Shown here: in pieces, positions 1-8,176 of the stretch
How the letters are laid out: each line of letters starts with the position of its first letter
Position numbering within the stretch: position 1 is the stretch's first letter
From: an uncultured Candidatus Saccharibacteria bacterium
GTDB taxonomy: Bacteria; Patescibacteriota; Minisyncoccia; Phycocordibacterales; PALSA-1337
NCBI GenBank assembly: GCA_964532285.1
Contig: CAZHHB010000005.1
Span: 1 to 60,060 of the forward strand
Direction: 5' to 3'
DNA: 60,060 nucleotides
Made by a program: the position numbers and the translations under genes
Notes under the pieces: model-generated
The model's input: only the letters and a program-made list of their open reading frames with translations
Told to the model about the DNA's origin: nothing
The model's database searches: none

Positions 1-63
1 GTCCTCAAATATCAGGTGTTGTACCACTCTTCTTGATTTATTCTTCTTTTCCCTTACTTCTGC

Positions 64-69
64 TATAAT
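64..69 (+). promoter_or_regulatory. -10 box TATAAT 6 nt upstream of the radC ATG (leaderless-type promoter candidate)
   Basis: tgcTATAATtccaccATG. No Shine-Dalgarno sequence lies between the hexamer and the start codon. Confidence 0.4.
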
Positions 70-75
70 TCCACC

Positions 76-804
76 ATGCAGACATACGCTATACATCCAA
101 ATGTGATGTTTCTAGATCGGCCTTATCGCGAGTATCCACTCACGATACATGACCTGCCAGCTGATGAGAAACCTCGCGAAAAGCTGCTGTCACAAGGGCC
201 TGGAGCCTTGAGTTTGAAAGAGCTCCTTGCTGTCGTCCTGGTGACTGGTACGGTCAAGGAGGACCTACTGGAGATGTCTAGTCGGCTCATTCGGGATTAT
301 GGTGAGAAGAGTATTCTCTCTGAACTGAATCCGGCAAAACTTTCCAAAGAGATGGATATCCCCATCGTCAAAGCCTGCCAAATCGTGGCGACGGGAGAAT
401 TGGGTCGTAGATTATACGATCATCGTGAATCAGGATTCACGACTATCCGCAGTGCCAAAGATGTATATGAATATCTGCAAGATATGCGCAATTTACCAAA
501 AGAACACTTGCGAGGTTTGTATTTGAACAGTCACAGTCGTATTATCCGTGACGAGGTGATCTCTATCGGCACCGTCAATTCAAATATGATACATCCTCGT
601 GAAGTTTTCCGAGCCGCTATAGAGTCCAATTCTGCAGCCATTGTCCTCGCTCACAATCATCCGTCCGGAGAAGCAAATCCAAGTGCGGAGGATATAGAAG
701 TTACAAAGCAGCTTGTGGAGGCTGGTAAAATATTGGGTATTACACTATTGGATCATGTTATTATCGCCAAAGATACATTCGTAAGCATTAACGCTAGTTA
801 CTAA
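76..804 (+). CDS. radC: RadC-like JAB/MPN domain protein
   Basis: 242-aa ORF with the C-terminal JAMM-like motif VLAHNHPSGEANPSAEDIEVT typical of the RadC/UPF0758 family. Confidence 0.85.
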   Translation: MQTYAIHPNVMFLDRPYREYPLTIHDLPADEKPREKLLSQGPGALSLKELLAVVLVTGTVKEDLLEMSSRLIRDYGEKSILSELNPAKLSKEMDIPIVKACQIVATGELGRRLYDHRESGFTTIRSAKDVYEYLQDMRNLPKEHLRGLYLNSHSRIIRDEVISIGTVNSNMIHPREVFRAAIESNSAAIVLAHNHPSGEANPSAEDIEVTKQLVEAGKILGITLLDHVIIAKDTFVSINASY

Positions 805-809
805 ATAAA

Positions 810-1139
810 ATGTTTAAAGATTATCAGATAATTTCTCCTTCTCTGGAGGGTGTTTTGAACCATGAATCCATAACCTACGAAGGCATCAGACGACCATTAG
901 AGTTACTTCGTGTCTTGGATGGTCCTGCCACAAGAGGACGAAAGCAGGGATCAAAAAATGTTCACAATACAGACAAAAATAATAAGATTCTAGAAGAATA
1001 CTTCAACGATCTGCATGATGTATTTATGAAAAAATTCTCATCATTTGTGTTGGAGTCCGAGACATCTCCAAACGATACAGTCAAACTCCAGGCGATGCTC
1101 CAGGAGATGATCAAGGTCAAGACCTTGAAGGGAAGATGA
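810..1139 (+). CDS. hypothetical protein
   Basis: 109-aa ORF, 5 nt after the radC stop and co-directional. No recognisable motif. Confidence 0.4.
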   Translation: MFKDYQIISPSLEGVLNHESITYEGIRRPLELLRVLDGPATRGRKQGSKNVHNTDKNNKILEEYFNDLHDVFMKKFSSFVLESETSPNDTVKLQAMLQEMIKVKTLKGR

Positions 1140-1159
1140 GTATGCCGTAGACTGGTATT

Positions 1160-2479
1160 ATGACATCCAGGGACTATTTCAAGGGGAAGCGTATTGCCGT
1201 AATCGGTCTCGATCCTCATGGTGAAATGGTGGAAGATGTAAAGTTTCTAATAAAAGCAGGAGCTTTGGTGTCCGTCTATGATCTCAAAAGTGAGGCTCGT
1301 TTGAAGCATCATCTGGTGTTCTTGAGAACAGTTGGTCTGGCAAATTATGTTTGCAGTTCTATACCCGCAGATGATCTCTTGGATATGGATATGATCGTCT
1401 TGTCACATGAATACACCCGAGATTCTTCATTTTTGAAGGAGGTGATTAAAAAGGGTATTCCCATAGAATACCCTGAGACTTTGTTTTTCAAGAAAGCCCC
1501 GCCGGTCACGGTTATCGGTATTATGGGTGTCTGTGGAAAAGCTACCGTTATGTCAATGCTGGAGCCGATGTTGTCCAATATCTGTGCGTCTATAGAAGGG
1601 CAAGGATTCTTCGTTATAGATTCTGAGACGGGTGATGGGATCGTTGCATATCTAAAAAAGATAAAAAGTGGTGATATCGTACTCATGCGTATCACAGAGT
1701 CAATGATGAAAGAGCTGGCTTCCATAGGTATAAGTCCCCATGTGGCTGTTTTCACAACTATTCCAACAAAGGGCTCTTATGTCAGCACTCCATTTGAGAT
1801 TCTGGCCAATCAGACATACAACAATTTCATTATCGGTAATGATGAGATTATAGACATTATCTATTCATCAAAGACACAGCCAAAAGCAAAGATGTTACGT
1901 ACGAAACCCTCCATCGTTCCTGTTGATTGGGGTCTAGGCAATCAAAGTAATCATGATCGTGACAATGCCTCATTGGCTATCCAGGTAGCACGCCTATTTA
2001 AGGTAGATGATGATGTGATAAAACGGGTGCTTGATGGATGGAAATCTCTGAAGGGTCGTCTGGAATTGATTAAGAAGATTAAGGATGTAGAATTTTACAA
2101 TGATTCAGCATCAGTCTCTGCTATGTCTACGATCGCGGCAATAAAGTCACTCTCGGTAAATAGGAATTTGATCTTGGTTTTCGGTGGATCTATGACAATG
2201 GATGACTATCGTCCATTGTATTCTCTATTGCATAAGTATGTCCATACGGTGGTCTTGCTTCCTGGAAGCGGCACTCTACGTGAAAGGCCGTTTATTCAAG
2301 GGCTGGATAATATCACGGTATGCTCATCCCCCTCTGTTGAAGAAGCTGCCAATATCGCCAATGAGCATACTCATAGAGGTGACAGAGTTATATTCAGTCC
2401 TGGTTTTCAGGCTGTTGGAGCTGATGGTTCTAGGAAGAGTAGGGGAGAGAGATTTATTAAAGCAGTCAGAGCGTTGTGA
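1160..2479 (+). CDS. murD: Mur ligase family, MurD-like (UDP-MurNAc-L-Ala--D-Glu ligase)
   Basis: 439 aa. N-terminal Rossmann-like KRIAVIGLDPHG, a central P-loop-like GIMGVCGKAT and Mur-ligase length and architecture. Confidence 0.65.
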   Translation: MTSRDYFKGKRIAVIGLDPHGEMVEDVKFLIKAGALVSVYDLKSEARLKHHLVFLRTVGLANYVCSSIPADDLLDMDMIVLSHEYTRDSSFLKEVIKKGIPIEYPETLFFKKAPPVTVIGIMGVCGKATVMSMLEPMLSNICASIEGQGFFVIDSETGDGIVAYLKKIKSGDIVLMRITESMMKELASIGISPHVAVFTTIPTKGSYVSTPFEILANQTYNNFIIGNDEIIDIIYSSKTQPKAKMLRTKPSIVPVDWGLGNQSNHDRDNASLAIQVARLFKVDDDVIKRVLDGWKSLKGRLELIKKIKDVEFYNDSASVSAMSTIAAIKSLSVNRNLILVFGGSMTMDDYRPLYSLLHKYVHTVVLLPGSGTLRERPFIQGLDNITVCSSPSVEEAANIANEHTHRGDRVIFSPGFQAVGADGSRKSRGERFIKAVRAL

Positions 2480-2481
2480 TG

Positions 2482-2633
2482 AGTAAGTCGGGCAAGGTGT
2501 TATTTCTCGCGACGGCGAGTATGCGATGGGTGCGTCAGTCTATGCTTCTCTGAGGCAGACTATGGCTCGCCAACCAATAACTCGGAAGACTAACACGCAG
2601 CTGCGCGAGAAATAACACCTTGCCCGACTTACT
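2482..2633. repeat. Perfect 30-bp inverted repeat flanking a 92-nt structured spacer (nested palindrome A)
   Basis: Left arm agtaagtcgggcaaggtgttatttctcgcg (2482-2511) is the exact reverse complement of 2604-2633. It lies between convergent genes. Confidence 0.9.
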
Positions 2634-2641
2634 AAGTCCAC

Positions 2642-3571
2642 TCACTCCCCACAAATCATACATACAACCGCCCCATTAAATTCAAAATCTCTATAAACTG
2701 CCTGCATCGTACCAGCCACAGACAGAGCACTATTGACTGATATTCTAAGCCCTGTATGTTTTTCTGTCATTTCTTGTGCCATCTCTATGCCCTCGTTCGT
2801 AACTACCCAGCCATATCCACCAGTCTCTTTGACCAATGGGATAAGGGTTGGTTTGCGATTGGCCGTAATGTCGACGATTGCATCGGCCATAGACTTCTCA
2901 TCTGGTCCGTCGTAGTTTTCAAAGTCATCAGTCAGGGGATGGCATGAAGAAGTCTGAACAATATGGATCTGCGCCGTGGATTTCTCATCTTTAAAATGAT
3001 TGGCCAATGCCTGGGCTGTAGTCCCTGACGAGGTGCCTATGAATACGGCCGCGATATTTCCGATGGCGGCAAGTTCCTCGGCTAGACTTTTATAGCCTTC
3101 GAGGGCAATGTCGTCAGTAGACTGACGGAGGCTTCGCATGCCATCTTCTACGGCCAAAGTAAGAGCTTGGATAGGCCTCTCTTTCTTGAGTATGCGTATG
3201 TCTGCGTTCTCAAGATTTTTGAGTTTTTCTAGTTTGCGTGTCGCTATGTGTTGTCCCACGAATATATCTAGTTCAATTTGTCTCGGATCGCCGGACTGTT
3301 TCAGGTTTCTTATTTCATCATTCAATCTATTCACATGTAGAGCGGCGGCAAGAGCTGCATTACCAGAAGAAGAGATGGCAAAACGATGGTCACCTTTTGT
3401 ACGATAATGATCAATCATGAACGGGATAGAGCGTCCTTTGTGAGAGCCAAGGGGGTGTAGATCTTCGCGTTTGAAATATAAATCAGGCAGACCAAGGGCC
3501 TTGGCAAGAGATGGGTAATGTTCTGTTGGGGTGATCGCCGTGTTATTCATGATATTCCTCGTGGTTGTCAT
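2642..3571 (-). CDS. Fold-type II PLP-dependent enzyme (Trp-synthase beta / threonine dehydratase-like superfamily)
   Basis: 309 aa. YFKREDLHPLGSHKGRS (putative PLP lysine), SSSGNAALAAA and a GTSSGTT glycine loop. Confidence 0.6.
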   Translation of the reverse strand: MTTTRNIMNNTAITPTEHYPSLAKALGLPDLYFKREDLHPLGSHKGRSIPFMIDHYRTKGDHRFAISSSGNAALAAALHVNRLNDEIRNLKQSGDPRQIELDIFVGQHIATRKLEKLKNLENADIRILKKERPIQALTLAVEDGMRSLRQSTDDIALEGYKSLAEELAAIGNIAAVFIGTSSGTTAQALANHFKDEKSTAQIHIVQTSSCHPLTDDFENYDGPDEKSMADAIVDITANRKPTLIPLVKETGGYGWVVTNEGIEMAQEMTEKHTGLRISVNSALSVAGTMQAVYRDFEFNGAVVCMICGE

Positions 3572-3676
3572 CGTAGCGTATTTTAGGTACTATTGGAAGT
3601 GAGGTGACGGATCGATAAATATGTTGGATTCGTTAGGTAACCTCTTAATTATGTCATTAATGCTATTGATTATACG

Positions 3677-3874
3677 ATGATGTATTCTCAAAACTTCAAA
3701 TCTATGAACACACTTTTGATTTGTCCAGAATGTAAAAATACTGTGGATTTATCCAAGTATCCAAATTTGGTTATGGGCATGGTGGTTGAATGCAATCACT
3801 GCGGTATGACTTTGTTAGTTAAGGAAATGGGGGACAAAGAAATCAAGACAGTTATCGTTGATGAGGGAAAATAA
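3677..3874 (+). CDS. LysW-like zinc-ribbon protein (amino-group carrier protein-like)
   Basis: 65 aa. CPEC...(18 aa)...CNHCG zinc ribbon with an acidic C-terminus VIVDEGK, matching LysW length and layout. The start may instead be the Met at 3704. Confidence 0.45.
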   Translation: MMYSQNFKSMNTLLICPECKNTVDLSKYPNLVMGMVVECNHCGMTLLVKEMGDKEIKTVIVDEGK

Positions 3875-3882
3875 TAGGGTAT

Positions 3883-4048
3883 GTCCGGTAAATAAGTTCT
3901 CGAGACAGCCGAGGACATGTCTGAGCGCAGTAGAAATTGCTTGGTAAAAGGCGAATGTCGTTGGAATTATTCATAATTCCTGAGCCTTTTACCTAGCAAT
4001 TTCACGGAGCGAGTACCGCAGGCTGGCGAGAGGATTTATTTACCGGAC
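3883..4048. repeat. Nested palindrome element B: 114-nt core (3909-4022) inside the locus-specific IR gtccggtaaataa/ttatttaccggac
   Basis: The core is the reverse complement of 54283-54396 with a single mismatch. It has an internal 20-bp stem and an 8-bp stem. Confidence 0.9.
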
Positions 4049-5494
4049 TAGTTTCACGATCTCCTCGATCATACCCCTGAATCCGTGTGCTCCTAGAAAT
4101 ACAATGGCGTCGCCTTTTTTTGCCTGAGAAATCAGATATTTCACAAGGTCCGCGTCATCTTCAATGTATTTGACATTTGGATGAGTCTCGAAGATAATTG
4201 TCGCCAATTCAGCACCATCGATCGGCTGATTGGATTCGTTATCCGCCGTCTTCAATTTCGTCAGCCGTGGGATTATTACGGTATCGGCATCAGCAAAAGC
4301 ATTTTTATATTTGACCAGTGATTCTCTGCTACGACCCCCCATATTTGGTTCAAAGATAGCGATGATGTCACCAGTGTATGTTGATTTCAAAGTTTGTAAT
4401 ACCGCTGAAGCTTTCTCTGGAGAATGGGCGATATCATCAAATACCGTCACATCTCCATCTGACCGTTTCTCCAGGCGACGTTTTAGTCCCTTGAATGAGT
4501 TGATAGCAGCAATTATCTTGTCTGTGGCAACTCCCAACTCGCGTGCCATAGCGAAACACCCAGTGATATTTTCTGATTGATAAAGTCCAAGCATTGGAGA
4601 GTGAACTCTATATTTATTGCCATTATGAGATATGGTTAGCTCCAGACCATCTCTCGTTTGAACAGCATTTTCATAAGAATATTCTGGAGATATATTTCGA
4701 GATTCGAACTCAAGATCCGATCTTGGAAATCTGGCGCGTCCGTATTTGATGACCTTGCCTGCATATGAAGCCAGTGTCTCTTTGACACCTGGATTGTCTA
4801 TACACGCCAATACCAATCCCGTGGGCGATAACATCTCTAGAAGTTTTTTGAAAGCATTGAAATAATCTGATTCGGTGGGATATAAGTCAGCATGATCCCA
4901 CGAGACAGCCGTTAGGAGTAAATGCGTGGGTCTGTAATGAAAGAATTTGGCACGTGGTTCGGTCGGGGAGCTTTTGTATTCATCTCCTTCCAATACACTG
5001 AAATTTCCATTACCGATACGGGCCGAAGAGCCATGAGAAAGAGAAATACCACCGAACATATAAGTCGGATCTAGGAAGGCGTGATCCAGGATGTGAGACA
5101 AAAGGGCGGTGGAAGAAGTCTTGCCCCAAGTCCCAGTACATACGATAGAATTTTCCTTGATGAAGTATTTTCCCAATATCTCTGGATAGGAATAGCGGGG
5201 GATATTTTGTCCCTCGGCATACAGAGTTTCAGGATTTTTTGTGCCAGAAGCAGCACCGACGATCACAAGATCTGGTCTGTCATCGGCAACCATCTTGTCT
5301 GGATGCCAACCGGCATAAAAGTTTATGCCGTGTTTTTCCAATTCCGTGGAAACTGGTGGAAAGAATCCTTTGTCACTACCAGTCACAGTCACACCCTTTT
5401 CTTTGAAGGCAATAGCCACGGCGCTCATAGCTACACCACAAATACCTATTACATGTATACGCTTTGGTAAAGCCGATTCAGGTGAATTATTCAT
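4040..5494 (-). CDS. Mur ligase, MurC/Mpl type (UDP-MurNAc--L-Ala or tripeptide ligase)
   Basis: 484 aa. N-terminus RIHVIGICGVAMSAVA...GSDKGFFPPVSTELEKHGI resembles the Mpl/MurC N-domain. GTWGKTS P-loop. Confidence 0.8.
   Translation of the reverse strand: MNNSPESALPKRIHVIGICGVAMSAVAIAFKEKGVTVTGSDKGFFPPVSTELEKHGINFYAGWHPDKMVADDRPDLVIVGAASGTKNPETLYAEGQNIPRYSYPEILGKYFIKENSIVCTGTWGKTSSTALLSHILDHAFLDPTYMFGGISLSHGSSARIGNGNFSVLEGDEYKSSPTEPRAKFFHYRPTHLLLTAVSWDHADLYPTESDYFNAFKKLLEMLSPTGLVLACIDNPGVKETLASYAGKVIKYGRARFPRSDLEFESRNISPEYSYENAVQTRDGLELTISHNGNKYRVHSPMLGLYQSENITGCFAMARELGVATDKIIAAINSFKGLKRRLEKRSDGDVTVFDDIAHSPEKASAVLQTLKSTYTGDIIAIFEPNMGGRSRESLVKYKNAFADADTVIIPRLTKLKTADNESNQPIDGAELATIIFETHPNVKYIEDDADLVKYLISQAKKGDAIVFLGAHGFRGMIEEIVKLVR
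4711..4726. repeat. Short palindromic unit caagatccgatcttgg inside the Mur ligase CDS
   Basis: Read on the minus strand as ttc cca aga tcg gat ctt gag = FPRSDLE. Confidence 0.85.
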
Positions 5495-6147
5495 GCTTTC
5501 ATCTTATCAGATGAGAGGATTTTCTTCACGGCAGCTAGGTCTGTAGACCATTTTTTCTCATCGTACCATTCCAACCCTTCGAACTGTAACTTATAAACAT
5601 CTCCAAGCCGTTGCAATGAACCAAGATAGATGTATTTTAAGCCTAGATCTTTTGCATAAGTAATTGCACGGAGCATCATCCCCATTCCCATATCGTTTGG
5701 TGCCTTATTCAAATCATAAAATGGATATGAATAATGTAATAATGTCGATCCAACAAAGCATATGGCATAACCAATATCTGAATATGTAAACAAGGTATTC
5801 CAATTGCTATTTTCTCTGTCGGTGAGCATTTCTTTTATTTTTTGAGCGCTCATTATCTTTGGGCCAAATTTGGATTCATAGAAATCTTTGGCAAGTTTGC
5901 CGATGCTGTAGTTGTAGTTTTTTAACGGCAAATTTTCTACAACCATGACTAGGTCATCAGTCTTTTTCAAAATACGACGGTTCTCACTTGTAAGTTCAAA
6001 CTTCGACAGATCAATACGCACGCTTCTGGTCTGTTGCATAATACCTCTACCCAAGCGCGTGAAGACATATCCGTCATCATACATCTTGATAATGTTTTTG
6101 TCCGTGAAATCTGTTATTGTTTTTTCATTCCATTTAAGATAAGACAT
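5491..6147 (-). CDS. ATE_C-like (arginyl-tRNA-protein transferase / Bpt-like) GNAT-fold aminoacyl transferase
   Basis: 218 aa. HYSYPFYDLNKAPNDMGMGMMLRAITYAKDLGLKYIYLGSLQRLGDVYKLQFEGLEW fits the ATE C-terminal pattern (FYDP...G...YLGY...YK..F.P.E). Overlaps the Mur ligase start by 4 nt. Confidence 0.5.
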   Translation of the reverse strand: MSYLKWNEKTITDFTDKNIIKMYDDGYVFTRLGRGIMQQTRSVRIDLSKFELTSENRRILKKTDDLVMVVENLPLKNYNYSIGKLAKDFYESKFGPKIMSAQKIKEMLTDRENSNWNTLFTYSDIGYAICFVGSTLLHYSYPFYDLNKAPNDMGMGMMLRAITYAKDLGLKYIYLGSLQRLGDVYKLQFEGLEWYDEKKWSTDLAAVKKILSSDKMKA

Positions 6148-6149
6148 CT

Positions 6150-7349
6150 TTAGTGAAGGGCTAACCAGAATCCGAAAATGACGAATACAAAATGAACAAC
6201 CCAGAATCTCATCACGGTCTTCTCCTCACTCCATCCGATGAGTTCAAAATGGTGATGTAGGGGAGCCATGCGGAATACTTTACGACCGAATATATACTTG
6301 GAGACAATCTGGATTATGACTGATAGAGCTTCGACATAGAAGATGAATCCTAGGAACAATAGAGCACTAGTTTCTCCTATGGCCATAGCATTCACTGCCA
6401 GCAGAGCACCAAGTCCTAGGGACCCCACATCTCCCATCATAAATCTGGCAGGTTTGATATTGAAATAAGTATAAGTGATCAGAGCTCCAACAGTCGTAGC
6501 GTTTAGTATGGCGACTTCGCCGAAACCATTGATCCAAGACAGTATCATGAGAGAACTGAAAGTTATTATGAGTGAACCTCCAGCCAGACCGTCCATGCCG
6601 TCGGCTATGTTTACAGCATTAGCAGTAAACATGACGATGAATATGATGATCGGTACGACGAAAATACCAGCGTTTATACTGATATCGAAAGGTAGATATA
6701 TGAAATGCCAAGCGGGTCCTAGCTTCGCATAAATCCACCAGGCTGTTAGTGTTCCGGCGATAAATTGCAGAACAAGTTTTTCGTGCACGAATATACCTTT
6801 TTGTGTGCGTGACCCAAACCAGACGGACAATCTCTTGAAAGCTGTCCATGGAAGAGTGACAAAGAGCCAGATTCGCGTAGGCCATTCTTTGTGGACACGG
6901 ATGAGAGTCAATACATGCCCAAGTTTTCTGGAGCGACGTTCTTTGCCAAAAACATTTAACAGATCATCTAGGGCCCCCAAGGTGGCGGAGAAAAGCATGA
7001 CGCCTATCGGCACCCAGGTAAAGCTTCTAGACCAATTGAAAAAATAAGTCAGGATAGCCACAGTGATGACGATGAGGAGTCCTCCCATAACTGGTGTGGT
7101 GGCCTTGTAGGCATGTGATCCGAGATTGACGAGTTCGGTCTTGGCCCCTTTTATGACATTGAATCTATAGAGGGCTTTAGACAGAATCGGTGCCCAGACG
7201 AAGGCGGCAATGGTCCCCAAGAGTGCAAAACTGAGGATATAAGCCAAATCCGCGGTGCCTTGTAGAATGGTAATCATTGTATAAACGATACCATGAAATT
7301 GGAGAAAATGGGAGTAATTACTAACCGAACCAAACAAAACTAAAACCAC
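6150..7349 (-). CDS. mraY: Phospho-N-acetylmuramoyl-pentapeptide transferase
   Basis: NAVNIADGMDGLAGG, MGDVGSLGLGALLA, MAPLHHHFELIGWSEEKTVMRFW. The longest ORF starts at GTG 7349; an alternative ATG lies at 7277. Confidence 0.9.
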   Translation of the reverse strand: MVLVLFGSVSNYSHFLQFHGIVYTMITILQGTADLAYILSFALLGTIAAFVWAPILSKALYRFNVIKGAKTELVNLGSHAYKATTPVMGGLLIVITVAILTYFFNWSRSFTWVPIGVMLFSATLGALDDLLNVFGKERRSRKLGHVLTLIRVHKEWPTRIWLFVTLPWTAFKRLSVWFGSRTQKGIFVHEKLVLQFIAGTLTAWWIYAKLGPAWHFIYLPFDISINAGIFVVPIIIFIVMFTANAVNIADGMDGLAGGSLIITFSSLMILSWINGFGEVAILNATTVGALITYTYFNIKPARFMMGDVGSLGLGALLAVNAMAIGETSALLFLGFIFYVEALSVIIQIVSKYIFGRKVFRMAPLHHHFELIGWSEEKTVMRFWVVHFVFVIFGFWLALH

Positions 7350-8176
7350 TTCAGTCTTCGGATTTCTGTTTTTGAATTTTGTGCGCGAACGAATAGACGG
7401 TTGTCATTGTTGGTACGACCTTCTTCAGTCCACGCGGCTTCGGTGATAGATCCGTCTGGATTCATGACCTCTATTCCGCCCTGACGAATACCCGTCCCAT
7501 AAATACCGTCTTCTGGGTATGCGACGGCGTGTGAATAATGGATCTTTGTTGGAATGAAGTTTTGGTATTCGACTTGATGGATAATCAGAATATGATCTCT
7601 TTCATTCAGAGGATTGTTCTCAGGATTGATTGTATAAATATTCTTATCATTTAAACTCGTCATTGTGATCATGTCACCAGGTTGTACCTCTCGAATGGTG
7701 ATTGGTCTGCTATTTTTATCAGCGGCAAATGTAGAGACATCGCAATTCTCAACCGGGCGGAGAGAGCAGCGTATCTTGCCAATAACCCCTGAACAATTCA
7801 CGAATGAAATATGTTTGTCTAGTGATCCGTTGCCCCGCTCCTCGTTCTCGGCATTAAGAATATAATAAGCGAAACCGGAACACTCCACCCCGATATTATT
7901 ATCGGTTAATATCTTTTTAAGAGTTTGGCCGTCTAGATTCTTTGGATCAATACGATTCTTTATGATTATAGTTTCAACTTCTTCTAAGATATCATTAGGA
8001 CTGCCCTTGCCAATATTTGCGCGTAGAGCGGCTCGGGCACGAATAGTTTTGTTATTGAAATATGGTACAGAACATACAGCGTTACCTACTATGAAATGCA
8101 GATACTGTTCTATAACTGACAAACTGTGATTTGATAGAGTCTTTATATTCATATCTCTGGTTTTGTCAAATTTCAA
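7340..8176 (-). CDS. Putative NlpC/P60-like (papain-fold) peptidase
   Basis: 278 aa. GVECSGFAYYIL (Cys), QPGDMITM and DHILIIHQV (His) occur in the canonical NlpC/P60 order. The assignment is tentative. Confidence 0.4.
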   Translation of the reverse strand: MKFDKTRDMNIKTLSNHSLSVIEQYLHFIVGNAVCSVPYFNNKTIRARAALRANIGKGSPNDILEEVETIIIKNRIDPKNLDGQTLKKILTDNNIGVECSGFAYYILNAENEERGNGSLDKHISFVNCSGVIGKIRCSLRPVENCDVSTFAADKNSRPITIREVQPGDMITMTSLNDKNIYTINPENNPLNERDHILIIHQVEYQNFIPTKIHYSHAVAYPEDGIYGTGIRQGGIEVMNPDGSITEAAWTEEGRTNNDNRLFVRAQNSKTEIRRLKWF

